Source: Vicinamibacterales bacterium (GTDB lineage Bacteria > Acidobacteriota > Vicinamibacteria > Vicinamibacterales > UBA2999). From it: DNA of 64,000 nt. The notes under the pieces were generated by a model. That model saw nothing but the letters and a program-made list of their open reading frames with translations. It had not been told where the DNA came from and ran no database searches. This document shows positions 7,965-17,812 of the stretch, piece by piece (position 1 is the first letter of the stretch; each line of letters opens with the position of its first letter). The stretch is from assembly GCA_050250645.1 (NCBI GenBank), contig JBFWOG010000017.1:49006-113005 (forward strand). Reading direction: 5' to 3'. The translations under genes were made by a program, and so were the position numbers.

Positions 7965-10585
7965 CCGCCCCCCCGCTGCCCCGGCTCGTCACGGCGGTCC
8001 TGGCCCGACTCGCGCCACGCCGGGACGCCGGGCTCGTGCTCGCCGACCTCGCCCAGGACTACGCCGTCGCCGTCGCCACCCGCGGCGCCGCGCGCGCCCG
8101 GTGGTGGCTCGCCCGGGAGGCCGCCTCCCTGGCCGCCGCGTATGCCGGCGCCGCGCTGCGGCGCCACGCGGCGCGCGCGCCTGTCGGTCTCGCGCGCGAC
8201 CTGCAACTGGCCGCGCGCGCCCTGCGTCGCCGCCCGGTCGGATCGCTCGGCGCCGCCGTGATGCTGGCCTGCGGCCTGGCGGCCGTCGCCGGCGCCGTCG
8301 GCATGGCCGACGCGCTCCTCTTCAGGCCCATCAGCCCCGTGCACGGTGAACGCCTGCGGCGCCTCGCGTGGGCCGATCGCGACGGCCAGCCGGACCGGCG
8401 GTTCTCGTGGGCCGAACTCGAACGCCTCGCCCCGCGCCTGTCCGCCGCCACCGGCGCCGTCAACCTGCAGCCGATCGTCCTGCGGGACGGGTCGACGCTC
8501 GTCCAGGGGCTCGGGGAGGTGGTGACCGCTGGATACGCCTCCCTCGTGGGCATGGAGACGGTGGTGGGCCGCGGCCTGCTCGCGGGCGACGACCGCCCCG
8601 GCGCGCCGCCCGTGGCCGTCGTGAGCGAGGCCGCCTGGCGCACCCGCCTCGGCGCCGATCCCACGATCGTCGGGCGGGCCGTCACGATCAACGCGACCAG
8701 CGTCACGGTCGTCGGCGTCGCGCGCGACCGGGGCTCGAGCGCGTACTTCGGCGCCAGCGTCGACGCGTGGCTCCCCACCGCCGCCGGCGACGCCATGCTC
8801 AACCCCGGCTGGCGCACGAACCCGGACGACCGCTGGTGGGTCGCCGTCGCCCTGCCAGCGCCGGGCAGGGATGCGGCATTCGCCGCCCAGCTCGCCAGCG
8901 CCGCTGGCGACCTCCGCCAGGCCTTCCCCGGCGCCTGGCGCGACCGCCGGCTGCTGGCGGAGCCGGGCCTCGTCCTGACGGGCAGCCAGCGCGCGCCCGC
9001 GGTCGTGCTCTCCGCCGTCCTCGCCGCGCTGGCCGGGCTCATCCTGCTGGCCGCCGCCGCCAACGTCGCGGGCCTGCTGCTCGCCCGCGCGGCCGCCGAA
9101 CGCCGCCAGGCCGCGGTGCACATGGCCATCGGCGCGGGCCGGCTCGCCATCATGCGCCGGCGGATCCTCGAGGGCGCCCTCATCGGCGCGGCCGGCGGCG
9201 TGATCGCGGCGGGGCTCTACGCCTGGGCGCGGCGGGCCGTGTCGGACGTCGCGCTCCAGCCCACGCTCACGCTGCGCGTGGACCTGCCCGCCGGACCGGC
9301 CGTCGTCCTTGGCCTGTCGCTGGCCGGGGTGCTGGCCGGCGTGCTGCTCGCGGTGGCGCCGGCCGCGTGGGCCATCCGCGTGGACCTGGCCGGGGCGCTG
9401 CGTGACGGCATGGCCCGCAACGCGTCGGCGGCGCTGCCCCGCGTGCGCGGCGCCCTCGTGTCCGCCCAGGTCGCGCTCTCGCTCGCGCTCATCGTCTGCG
9501 CGGCGCTGCTCGCGCGCAGCGTGGACGGCCTGGCCACGGCCGACGCCGGCTTCGCGCGGGCCGGGCTCGTGGCGATGGACTTCGACGTCGAGCCCGCGGT
9601 GCCCGACGCGGCCACGCTGCCCGCGCTCGCGCGCGACGCCCTCGCGCGGACGCGCGCGCTCCCGGGCGTCACCGGCGCCGCCATGGCCAGCCGCGCGCCC
9701 GTGGACCCCTCGACGCCGACCACCGGCATCCGCCGGCCCGGCGACACGGCGCGGGCCGCGGACGCCACCTGGCTGCGGGTCACCGACGGCTATCTCGACA
9801 CGGTCGGCATCCCCCTCGTCGCCGGCCGCGACATCACGGCCGCCGAGGCCGAACGCGGCGCCGACGTGGCAGTGGTCAACGAGACTCTGGCCGCGCGGCT
9901 GTGGGAGGGCGGCGACGCCATTGGCCGGGCGCTCGTCCTCGACGGACCGGGACGGACGCTGCAGGTCGTCGGGGTGGCGCGCGATGCGCGATACCTGTCG
10001 CTGTCGGAACCCGGCGGGCTGAACGTGTACGTCCCGGAGGCGCCGCAGTTCGGCCTGGCGCTCATCGCCCGGACGTCGGGGGACGAGCGCCGCGCGCTCG
10101 CCGCCATCCAGGCCGCGCTCGACGAGGTGGGACCGGGTGTCATCGGCTTCTTCCCGCGGACGCTCGAGGACCACCTCGCGCTCGAACTGCTGCCCGGCCG
10201 CGCCGCCGCGGGCGCCGCGACGGCGCTCGGCGCGGTGGCGCTGGCCCTGAGCGCCATGGGGCTCTACGGGCTGGTCGCGTGGTTCGTCGAGGTGCGGCGC
10301 CGCGAGATCGGCGTCAGGATGGCGCTCGGCGCGTCGCCGGGAGACGTCCGGCGCCTGATCGTCGGCCAGGCCTTCCAGACCGCGATCCCCGGCATCGTCA
10401 TCGGGCTGGGACTGAGCGTGGCGCTGGCACTGGCCGCGCGCTCCGCCCTGCCAGGCGTCACGCCCCTCGACCCGATCGCCATCGCCGCAGGCGCAGCCGC
10501 AATCAGCGGCGTCGTCCTCGCGGCCAGCTACGCGCCCACCCGACGGGCGACACGGATCGATCCCGCACTGGTGATCCGTGAGTAA
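7961..10585 (+). CDS. ADOP-family duplicated ABC transporter permease
   Basis: GTG start overlapping PadR stop (GTGA); ANVAGLLLARA, GLYGLVAWFVEVRRREIGVRMALGA, ends RRATRIDPALVIRE. Confidence 0.92.
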   Translation: MTAPPLPRLVTAVLARLAPRRDAGLVLADLAQDYAVAVATRGAARARWWLAREAASLAAAYAGAALRRHAARAPVGLARDLQLAARALRRRPVGSLGAAVMLACGLAAVAGAVGMADALLFRPISPVHGERLRRLAWADRDGQPDRRFSWAELERLAPRLSAATGAVNLQPIVLRDGSTLVQGLGEVVTAGYASLVGMETVVGRGLLAGDDRPGAPPVAVVSEAAWRTRLGADPTIVGRAVTINATSVTVVGVARDRGSSAYFGASVDAWLPTAAGDAMLNPGWRTNPDDRWWVAVALPAPGRDAAFAAQLASAAGDLRQAFPGAWRDRRLLAEPGLVLTGSQRAPAVVLSAVLAALAGLILLAAAANVAGLLLARAAAERRQAAVHMAIGAGRLAIMRRRILEGALIGAAGGVIAAGLYAWARRAVSDVALQPTLTLRVDLPAGPAVVLGLSLAGVLAGVLLAVAPAAWAIRVDLAGALRDGMARNASAALPRVRGALVSAQVALSLALIVCAALLARSVDGLATADAGFARAGLVAMDFDVEPAVPDAATLPALARDALARTRALPGVTGAAMASRAPVDPSTPTTGIRRPGDTARAADATWLRVTDGYLDTVGIPLVAGRDITAAEAERGADVAVVNETLAARLWEGGDAIGRALVLDGPGRTLQVVGVARDARYLSLSEPGGLNVYVPEAPQFGLALIARTSGDERRALAAIQAALDEVGPGVIGFFPRTLEDHLALELLPGRAAAGAATALGAVALALSAMGLYGLVAWFVEVRRREIGVRMALGASPGDVRRLIVGQAFQTAIPGIVIGLGLSVALALAARSALPGVTPLDPIAIAAGAAAISGVVLAASYAPTRRATRIDPALVIRE

Positions 10586-10677
10586 TCAAGAATCAAGAAT
10601 TTAGAATCAAGAAATTGGAGACCCTGGTTCCCCTTTCTAAATTCTTGATTCTTGATTCTTGATTCCTCACGGATCAC
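10571..10677. repeat. Inverted pair of AATCAAG arrays between convergent genes, including gene-end sequence
   Basis: GTGATCCGTGAGTAATCAAGAATCAAGAAT ... ATTCTTGATTCTTGATTCCTCACGGATCAC. Confidence 0.95.
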
Positions 10678-11048
10678 TCCGTGAGGACGACGCGCCCGTT
10701 GGCCTGCTCGTCCTCGAGCCAGGCGGCGATCTGCTCGCGCGACCAGCGATGCTCGTCGTTCAGGTGCACGATGATGGCGGCGAGCACGAGCTTCTTGTGG
10801 CACCCGCCGGCCGGGCACTTGCGGACGGTGCCCTCGAGGCAATCGAAGAACCAGTCGAGGTCCTTCGTCGGGTGCAGGCCGCCCACCTCGCGCGGCAGCC
10901 GGTACATGCCCTCATAGGCCGCGCCGAGCGCGCAGGACGCGCGCTGCCCCTTGAAGTAGTCACCGTAGGCCTGGTCGGGACGCCGCTCGACGCCGGCGCG
11001 GATGAACGACGCGAGCGCCTTCTCGCTCTGGTGGTCCTGTGGCGGCAT
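10674..11048 (-). CDS. Hypothetical protein (SCALGA ... C-P-x3-C ... IVHLNDEHRWSREQIAAWLE)
   Basis: RBS GGGAGGAG before ATG at 11048; normal high-GC3 codon usage; globular composition. Confidence 0.8.
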   Translation of the reverse strand: MPPQDHQSEKALASFIRAGVERRPDQAYGDYFKGQRASCALGAAYEGMYRLPREVGGLHPTKDLDWFFDCLEGTVRKCPAGGCHKKLVLAAIIVHLNDEHRWSREQIAAWLEDEQANGRVVLTE

Positions 11049-11218
11049 GGGCTCCTCCCGGCAGGCGGCCGCCTGCCATCCCACAGCCTACTCCCGGCGG
11101 CCACCCGCCGCGCCCCCCCCACGGCGAAGTCACGGGGACGAGCCCGGCCGCCGTTCTGCCCGGATGCGGACGGGGCGCGTTCGGAAGTGGGAAGCAGAAA
11201 ACCAGGGTGCACCGCCAG

Positions 11219-11475
11219 GGTGCCAGGGGTGCCTGGGGTGCCAACGGTGCCAGGGGTGCGCCCTCAGGGTGCCAAGGTGCCAGGGGTGCCAACGGTGCCA
11301 GGGGTGCGCCCTCAGGGTGCCAAGGTGCCAGGGGTGCCAACGGTGCCAGGGGTGCGCCCTCAGGGTGCCAGGGGTGCCTGGGGTGCCAACGGTGCCAAGG
11401 GTGCGCCCTCAGGGTGCCAGGAGTGCCAGGCGTGCCAGCGGTGCCAGGGGTGCCAGAGGTGCCACGGGTGCGACG
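11219..11475 (+). repeat. GGTGCCNNN nonamer array organised as four 48/49-bp higher-order units
   Basis: Unit of about four GGTGCCNNN plus GGTGCGCCCTCAG at 11219, 11268, 11316, 11364, then 7 more nonamers. Confidence 0.95.
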
Positions 11476-11530
11476 GGGGGTGGGGCCCTGCCGGGGGACA
11501 GGGCGGCGCGCGGACGCGGGACGAACGTCA

Positions 11531-11592
11531 GGGACCTGAGGAACCCCAGGAACCGGAGGAACCAAGGGCCTCCAGGAACCTGGAGGCACCCC
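11531..11592. repeat. Degenerate GGAACCNNN/GGCACC nonamer array (inverse-related to the GGTGCC array)
   Basis: GGGACCTGA GGAACCCCA GGAACCGGA GGAACCAAG ... GGAACCTGG AGGCACCC. Confidence 0.75.
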
Positions 11593-11606
11593 GGGCCTGG
11601 CCGGCG

Positions 11607-12377
11607 CTAGAACGCCTTGCCGAGGCGCTCCTGCAGCTTCTCGCGGTAGCCGCGGCTCAGGGTGAGGCGCGTGCCGTTGTGCAGCACGACGACGTACTCG
11701 CCGTTGAACCAGGGCTGGAGCTCCTTGATCCGGTCGGTGTTGACGATGCGCGACCGGTGGATGCGGACGAAGCGCCTGGGGTCGAGGCGGGACTCCATGT
11801 TGTTCATGGTCTCGCGGAACAGGTGCGAGTCCTCGCCGAGGTGCAGCTTGACGTAGTTGCCGGCGGCCTCGATCCACTCGATCTCGTCGGTGCGCAGGAA
11901 GAACACGCGGCCGCCCGACTTGACGACGAGCCGGTCGAGCTTCTGCGGCTCCGGCTTGATGTCGTGCACGAGCGCGAGCAGCCGCTTGCCCAGGTCGCCG
12001 GCGCGCCGCCGCTCGAGGTGCTGGCGGGCGTGCTGCAGGCTCTGCTGGAACCGGTCGCGGCCGAAGGGCTTCAGCAGGTAGTCGATGGCGTGCACCTCGA
12101 AGGCGCGCAGCGCGTACTCGTCGTAGGCCGTGACGAACACGACCGCGGGCATCTGGTCGGGGCCGACCTCGCGGATCACCCCGAAGCCGTCCACCGCCGG
12201 CATCTGCACGTCGAGGAACACGAGGTCGGGATGCTGCTGCTGGATGGCGTTGACGGCCTGGCTGCCGTCGGCGCACTCGCCCACCAGCTCGATGTCCTTC
12301 TCCTGCTGCAGGAGGCCCACGATGCGCTCGCGCGCCATCGGCTCGTCGTCCACCACCATCGTCCGGATCTTGCTCAC
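11607..12377 (-). CDS. LytTR family response regulator
   Basis: VVDDEPMAR, DLVFLDVQMP, FVTAYDEYA, DYLLKPF, FVRIHRSRIVN; GTG start overlaps kinase stop. Confidence 0.95.
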   Translation of the reverse strand: MSKIRTMVVDDEPMARERIVGLLQQEKDIELVGECADGSQAVNAIQQQHPDLVFLDVQMPAVDGFGVIREVGPDQMPAVVFVTAYDEYALRAFEVHAIDYLLKPFGRDRFQQSLQHARQHLERRRAGDLGKRLLALVHDIKPEPQKLDRLVVKSGGRVFFLRTDEIEWIEAAGNYVKLHLGEDSHLFRETMNNMESRLDPRRFVRIHRSRIVNTDRIKELQPWFNGEYVVVLHNGTRLTLSRGYREKLQERLGKAF

Positions 12378-13507
12378 GCCACACCCTCCACGATGTCGTC
12401 GGCTTCCACGGCCTCGGTGAGTTCCACCAGCGGGATCGCGATCAGCACCGACAGCCCGCCGCCGGCCGGCTGCCGGAACTCGAACCGGTGCGCCTCGCCG
12501 TACAGGTGCTGGAGCCGCGACCGTGTATTCGCCAGCCCCACGCCCTGGTTGAAGTCCGACAGCCGCGCCGCCGACAGGCCCACGCCGTCGTCGGTGACCT
12601 CCAGCTCCAGCAACCCGCCCCGCCGCCGCGACCGGATCGTGATCTGTCCGGGCGTGGGACGCGGGCCGATGCCGTGCTTGATGGAGTTTTCGACGAGCGG
12701 CTGGAGCATAAGGTTTGGAACCAATGCGTCGAGCGTGTCCGGCTGCACGTCGATCACCACGGTCAGACGATCCCGGAAGCGCGTTTGTTCGATTTCCAGG
12801 TACTTCGAGAGGAAGTCGAGCTCGTCCTTGAGGGGGACCTCCTGCACGCCCACCGTCTGCAGGGACAGGCGCAGCAGGTCGCTGAGCCGCGCGATCATCT
12901 CGTCGGCGGCCTCCACGTCCCGGTGCATGAGCGCCGAGATCGCGTTCAGGGTGTTGAAGAGGAAGTGCGGCTGGAGCTGGCGCTGCAGGGCCTGCAGCTG
13001 GGCCTCCACGAGCCGCGTCTCGAGCTGGCTCTCGCTGAGCGCGCGGTCGCGCGCCTCGTAGTGGTACCCGATGGCGTGGCTCAGCCCGACGATGGCCCAG
13101 TAGGTCATCATCTCCCAGTCGAAGTTCAGGAAGAACATCCGCTGGGCCTCGGCCAGCCACGCGAACGGCGGCTCGCCCGCGGCCCAGTAGATGCCCATCC
13201 GCGACCAGATCGACAGGCCCACGTGTAACAGCGTCGCGACGACGACGCCCACCACGTGGACCGGCACCGAGAGCGCCCAGCGCCCGCTCTGGAAGGGGAA
13301 CCGCCGCGCCAGCCACAGGATGCCCGGCGTGAGCAGCGCCCAGGAATACCAGTAGTTCAGGTTGAGCGCGAGCAGCATCGGGAAGCTGCCCGGCCGTTCC
13401 GTGAAGGTCGAGACGAAGTAGTACGCCTGGAAGGCCGAGAAGAACCCGAGCACGGTGGCCGCGCCGAAGACGTGCCGGGGACGGATGACGTCGCGTGTCC
13501 GCTCCAT
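12374..13507 (-). CDS. LytS/YehU-type membrane sensor histidine kinase
   Basis: N-terminal TM helices; QLQPHFLFNTLN, LQPLVENSIKHG, DDGVG, GVGLANTRSRL. Confidence 0.94.
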   Translation of the reverse strand: MERTRDVIRPRHVFGAATVLGFFSAFQAYYFVSTFTERPGSFPMLLALNLNYWYSWALLTPGILWLARRFPFQSGRWALSVPVHVVGVVVATLLHVGLSIWSRMGIYWAAGEPPFAWLAEAQRMFFLNFDWEMMTYWAIVGLSHAIGYHYEARDRALSESQLETRLVEAQLQALQRQLQPHFLFNTLNAISALMHRDVEAADEMIARLSDLLRLSLQTVGVQEVPLKDELDFLSKYLEIEQTRFRDRLTVVIDVQPDTLDALVPNLMLQPLVENSIKHGIGPRPTPGQITIRSRRRGGLLELEVTDDGVGLSAARLSDFNQGVGLANTRSRLQHLYGEAHRFEFRQPAGGGLSVLIAIPLVELTEAVEADDIVEGVA

Positions 13508-13763
13508 GGCCCGAATATCCGGGCCGGGCCGCCGGGCGTCAAGCGCGAAGGACCGCGTCGTCATGATCTCCGACGCCGACCATGCGAATCGCGTGCCGGG
13601 TCCGGATCTCGCCGGGCGGGCGCCGGGGCGGGCGGCATTTCCGGGCGGGACGGGCGGGGCGGCCCGCCGCGGGCCGCGACGGCCTCAGCGCGGCCGGATC
13701 GCGGAATCCATCACGTTGAAGCCATTCGTCCCACGACTCGGCCCGGAAGAATGACGACGGGGC

Positions 13764-15962
13764 TCAGGCGCCGGGCCTGAGCACCAGGCAGCCGAGCGGC
13801 GGCACCGTCAGCGACAGGGACTGCGCGAAGCCGTGCGAGTCGATGGCCTCGGTCGCCGTCGCGCCGCCGTTGCCCATGTTGCTGCCGCCGTAGATCTCGG
13901 CGTCGGAGTTGAGCACCTCGCGCCACGGCCCGGCCGCGGGCACCCCCACGCGGTAGGCGTGCCGTGGCACCGGCGTGAAGTTGACGACGACGACGGCGCA
14001 GTCGTCGCGGTCGGCCGCGCGGCGGACGAACGAGATCACGCTGTTGGTGGAGTCGTGGCAGTCGATCCACGCGAAGCCGCCGGGGTCGGCGTCGACCTCG
14101 TGCAGCGGCGGCAGGTCCTGGTAGGCGCGGTTCAGGTCGCGCACCCAGCGCTGGAGCCCGGCGTGCTTCGCGTCGCCGAGCGCCTCCCAGTCGAGCTGCC
14201 AGTCGTGGTTCCACTCGCGCCACTGGCCGAACTCGCCGCCCATGAACATGAGCTTCTTGCCGGGATGCGTGAACATGTACCCGAGCAGGGCGCGGTACCC
14301 GGCGTGCTTCTGCCAGAGGTCGCCCGGCATCTTGTCGATCATCGAGCGCTTGCCGTGCACCACCTCGTCGTGCGAGAACGGCAGCACGAACTGCTCGGTG
14401 AACGCGTACAGCATCGAGAACGTGATGCGGTCGTGGTGATACTTGCGGTAGATGGGGTCCTGCCCGCAGTAGTCGAGCATGTCGTGCATCCACCCCATGT
14501 TCCACTTGTAGGTGAACCCGAGGCCGCCGAGGTGCACGGGCCGCGTGACGCCGGGCCACGCGGTCGACTCCTCGGCGATGACCATCGCGCCGGGACAGCG
14601 CGCGCCCACCACGGTGTTCAGCTCCTGGAGGAACCGGATCGCCTCGAGGTTCTCGCGCCCCCCGTACTCGTTGGGCACCCACTGCCCGTCCTCGCGCGAG
14701 TAGTCGAGGTACAGCATCGACGCGACCGCGTCCACGCGCAGGCCGTCGAGGTGGAACTCCTCCAGCCAGAAGAGCGCGTTGCTCAACAGGAACCCGCGCA
14801 CCTCGTTGCGGCCGTAGTTGAAGACGAACGTGCCCCAGTCCTGGTGCTCGCCCTGGCGCGGGTCCTCGTGCTCGTAGAGCGCGGTCCCATCGAAGCGCCC
14901 GAGCCCGTGGAGGTCCTTCGGGAAGTGTCCCGGCACCCAGTCGAGCAGCACGCCGATGCCCGCCTGGTGGCAGCGGTCCACGAAGTACTTGAAGTCCTCG
15001 GGCGGGCCGAAGCGGCTGGTCGGCGCGTAGAAGCCCACCACCTGGTAGCCCCAGGACCCGAGGAAGGGGTGCTCCATGATCGGCAGGAGCTCGATGTGCG
15101 TGAAGCCCATCTCGACGACGTAGGGCACGAGGCGGTCGGCGAGCTCGCGGTACGAGAGGAACGCGCCGTCCGGGTGGCGCTGCCAGCTCGCGAGGTGCAC
15201 CTCGTAGACCGACATCGGGCGCGCCAGCCACTGCCGGCCGGCCGCGCGCGTCTGCGCCCACGCCTCGTCCTGCCACGTGTACTCGGCGTCCCACACGACC
15301 GACGCGGTGTTGGGCGGCACCTCGAACTGCCGCGCGTACGGGTCGGCCTTGAGCACGACGCCGCCCTGCGCGGTCGCGATCTCGTACTTGTAGGGATCGC
15401 CCGGGCCGAGGCCGGGGATGAAGATCTCCCACACGCCCGACGGCACGAGGCGGCGCATCGGGTGCACGCGCCCATCCCAGCTGTTCCACTGGCCGACGAC
15501 ACTGACGCGGCGCGCGTTCGGCGCCCAGACGGCGAAGTGCACGCCGCGGACGCCCTCGGCGGTCGTGACGCGGGCGCCGAGGCGCTCGAAGGCGCGCTGG
15601 TGCGTGCCTTCGCCGAACAGGTGCAGGTCGAAGTCGGTGAGCACCGAGGCGAACTTGTACGGGTCGTCGAACGCGCTCACCGAGCCGTCGTGCCACGTCG
15701 CCTCGAGCGAGTAGGCGACGTCCTCGCGCGTCGCGCCGGGCACCACGACCTCGAACAGGCCCTCGGGATGGACGCGCGGCATCGGCCGCGCCGGCGCGCC
15801 GGGCGTCACGAGCCGGATCTCGCGCGCATGCGGGCGGAACACCCGGATCGCCAGCCCGCCGGTGACCGCGTGCGGGCCGAGTTCGGAGAAGGGATCCGCG
15901 TGCAGCCCGCGCACGATGGCGTCGAGGGCTCCCGGAGACATGGTCGAGGTGGTATCAGGCAT
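13764..15962 (-). CDS. glgB: 1,4-alpha-glucan branching enzyme (GH13)
   Basis: [70 protein letters not shown]. Confidence 0.97.
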   Translation of the reverse strand: MPDTTSTMSPGALDAIVRGLHADPFSELGPHAVTGGLAIRVFRPHAREIRLVTPGAPARPMPRVHPEGLFEVVVPGATREDVAYSLEATWHDGSVSAFDDPYKFASVLTDFDLHLFGEGTHQRAFERLGARVTTAEGVRGVHFAVWAPNARRVSVVGQWNSWDGRVHPMRRLVPSGVWEIFIPGLGPGDPYKYEIATAQGGVVLKADPYARQFEVPPNTASVVWDAEYTWQDEAWAQTRAAGRQWLARPMSVYEVHLASWQRHPDGAFLSYRELADRLVPYVVEMGFTHIELLPIMEHPFLGSWGYQVVGFYAPTSRFGPPEDFKYFVDRCHQAGIGVLLDWVPGHFPKDLHGLGRFDGTALYEHEDPRQGEHQDWGTFVFNYGRNEVRGFLLSNALFWLEEFHLDGLRVDAVASMLYLDYSREDGQWVPNEYGGRENLEAIRFLQELNTVVGARCPGAMVIAEESTAWPGVTRPVHLGGLGFTYKWNMGWMHDMLDYCGQDPIYRKYHHDRITFSMLYAFTEQFVLPFSHDEVVHGKRSMIDKMPGDLWQKHAGYRALLGYMFTHPGKKLMFMGGEFGQWREWNHDWQLDWEALGDAKHAGLQRWVRDLNRAYQDLPPLHEVDADPGGFAWIDCHDSTNSVISFVRRAADRDDCAVVVVNFTPVPRHAYRVGVPAAGPWREVLNSDAEIYGGSNMGNGGATATEAIDSHGFAQSLSLTVPPLGCLVLRPGA

Positions 15963-16043
15963 CGGGATCTCCCATTGTACCCCCCGCCCCCGCGCCACCT
16001 CGGCCGTGGACGCCGCCCCCCGGTCCCGGCGTAAGATATCCGG

Positions 16044-16556
16044 ATGCCCATCTTCGCCAACTTCACGACATCCGAGGGGTCGTTCAAGGTGCGCCTGTTC
16101 GACGACAAGGCGCCCAAGACCGTCGCCAACTTCGTCGGTCTCGCCGAAGGCACGACCGAATGGACCGATCCCAAGACGCGGGAAAAGGTCACGCGGCCGT
16201 TCTACGACGGCCTCATCTTCCACCGCGTTATCGACGGGTTCATGATCCAGGGCGGCTGCCCGATGGGCAGCGGCATGGGCGGCCCGGGCTACCAGTTCGA
16301 GGACGAGTTCGGCCCCGGTCTCAAGCACGATCGCGAGGGCCTGCTCTCGATGGCCAACGCGGGCCCGAACACCAACGGCAGCCAGTTCTTCATCACGCTG
16401 GTGCCGACGCCGTGGCTCGACAACAAGCACGCGATCTTCGGCGAGGTGGTCGAGGGGATCGAGGTGATCCGCAAGATCGGCAAGATCGCCACCGGCCGCA
16501 ACGACCGCCCCACCACCGACATCGTCGTCGAGTCTGTCGCGATCGAGCGGACGTAG
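16044..16556 (+). CDS. Cyclophilin-type peptidyl-prolyl cis-trans isomerase
   Basis: [48 protein letters not shown]. Confidence 0.97.
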   Translation: MPIFANFTTSEGSFKVRLFDDKAPKTVANFVGLAEGTTEWTDPKTREKVTRPFYDGLIFHRVIDGFMIQGGCPMGSGMGGPGYQFEDEFGPGLKHDREGLLSMANAGPNTNGSQFFITLVPTPWLDNKHAIFGEVVEGIEVIRKIGKIATGRNDRPTTDIVVESVAIERT

Positions 16557-16560
16557 GCCC

Positions 16561-16980
16561 GTGCTCGACGCGGTCCGCGCCAGCTTCGACCGCCAGGGGC
16601 TCATGGCGGCGCTCGGCGCCCGGCTCGTCTCGGTCGAGCCGGGCGCCGTCGCCATCGACCTGCCGTTCTCGCCGGCGCTCACCCAGCAGCACGGCTACTT
16701 CCACGCCGCGGCGACGACGGCCATTGCCGACACGGCTGGCGGCTACGCGGCGCTCACGTTGATGGCGCCCGGTGACGAGGTGCTGGCCGTCGAGTTCAAG
16801 GTCAACCTGCTCCGGCCGGCGGTGGGCGACCGGCTCGTCGCCACCGCACAGGTGCTCAAGCCGGGACGCACCCTCACGGTCTGCCGCATCGACGTTCATG
16901 CGCACCGCGACGGCGCCGCGACGCTCGTCGCCACCATGACCCAGACCAACTTCCGCGTCCCCGGGGGGGGCGGGGCCTAG
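16561..16980 (+). CDS. PaaI family hotdog-fold thioesterase
   Basis: [37 protein letters not shown]. Confidence 0.92.
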   Translation: MLDAVRASFDRQGLMAALGARLVSVEPGAVAIDLPFSPALTQQHGYFHAAATTAIADTAGGYAALTLMAPGDEVLAVEFKVNLLRPAVGDRLVATAQVLKPGRTLTVCRIDVHAHRDGAATLVATMTQTNFRVPGGGGA

Positions 16981-17040
16981 GGTTCGTCGGGTTCGACAGG
17001 TTCGGCTCTTCTTGATTTCTTGATTCTCGATTCTTGATTC
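16981..17040. repeat. Composite repeat: GGTTCGNCN x3, then reverse AATCAAG array
   Basis: GGTTCGTCG GGTTCGACA GGTTCGGCT directly after TAG; CTTGATTTCTTGATTCTCGATTCTTGATTC 17011-17040. Confidence 0.85.
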
Positions 17041-17100
17041 CCCATCGGGGCCCCTGAAGGGTTCCTCGGCCGCCGGCCGCCCGGCGCCGTCTAACGAGGC

Positions 17101-17682
17101 ATGGCTCACTCCGCCCTCCTGCCCCTGGCCGTCGCGGCGGCGCTTGCCGTCCAGGCCGTCCCCGCGCCGCCGGCGCCGCAACTGCTGCGCGAACCCTACT
17201 CCGCGACGCACGCCGTCGAGTGGATCGAGCCGACCGACGGGCCGCCGCCCCCGGTCACGGCCACGCGGGTCCGCCTGCAGGGACACGCGCCGCTGCCCGG
17301 CGTCACGCTCGCCCTCGACGCCCGGACCACGGACGGCTCGGTCGTGCCGGCGAGCCGGATCGTGATTCGCGTCGGCATCCGCCGCGGCCGCGACGGCGTG
17401 GAGACCTGGACGATGCGGGTGCCGGACGAGGGGGGGCGATTCGGGGACCCGTCGCTGGCCGCGCCGCCGCGCGACGTCACCGACACGTGGACGCCGGTCG
17501 TCCTGGCGCTCGGTCCCGGAGAGGCGACGCCGCCCGTGGCCTACGCCAGCCGGCGGTGGCGGTTCGTCGCGGCGCTCGAGCGCGTGGAGGACGAGCGCGG
17601 CGAGGCCATCTGGAGCAACCTGCGTGTCGAGGATCTGCTCAAGCACGCGCGCTTCACCATGCGCTCGCAGCAGGACCGCTGA
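17101..17682 (+). CDS. Hypothetical exported protein
   Basis: Signal peptide (LLPLAVAAALAVQA), GAGG before ATG, GC3-biased codons. Confidence 0.7.
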   Translation: MAHSALLPLAVAAALAVQAVPAPPAPQLLREPYSATHAVEWIEPTDGPPPPVTATRVRLQGHAPLPGVTLALDARTTDGSVVPASRIVIRVGIRRGRDGVETWTMRVPDEGGRFGDPSLAAPPRDVTDTWTPVVLALGPGEATPPVAYASRRWRFVAALERVEDERGEAIWSNLRVEDLLKHARFTMRSQQDR

Positions 17683-17687
17683 CGACG

Positions 17688-17718
17688 AAAGGGGCGGCCC
17701 CGTTCCCGGAACCGCCCC
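17688..17718 (-). terminator. Hairpin between convergent genes (terminator for the minus-strand gene)
   Basis: AAA-GGGGCGG (17691-17697) ... CCGCCCC (17712-17718). Confidence 0.55.
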
Positions 17719-17730
17719 CGCATCGCGTCT

Positions 17731-17800
17731 GGATTCTTGGTTCTTGATTCTTGTTCTTGATTCTTGTTCTTGATTCTAAATTCTTGATTCTTGATTACTC
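17731..17800 (-). repeat. AATCAAG array (reverse orientation)
   Basis: 17767-17800 is the exact reverse complement of 10580-10613 (34 nt). Confidence 0.95.
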
Positions 17801-17812
17801 AAGATCCCCTGA

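Noticed and set aside
11219-11475. CRISPR array
   Set aside because: Units are near-identical tandem copies with no unique spacers, and no cas genes are present
11002-11610. Cys-rich repeat protein (CQGCQRCQGC) as a RiPP or metallothionein
   Set aside because: It is only the translation of the nonamer DNA array; the 49-bp units shift frame and there is no RBS
10659-13061. 800-aa plus-strand ORF and other long Arg/Pro/Gly-rich ORFs (e.g. 24449-28120, 41234-44557, 4959-7550)
   Set aside because: Antisense or alternate-frame shadows of real genes in high-GC DNA; no motifs, biased composition
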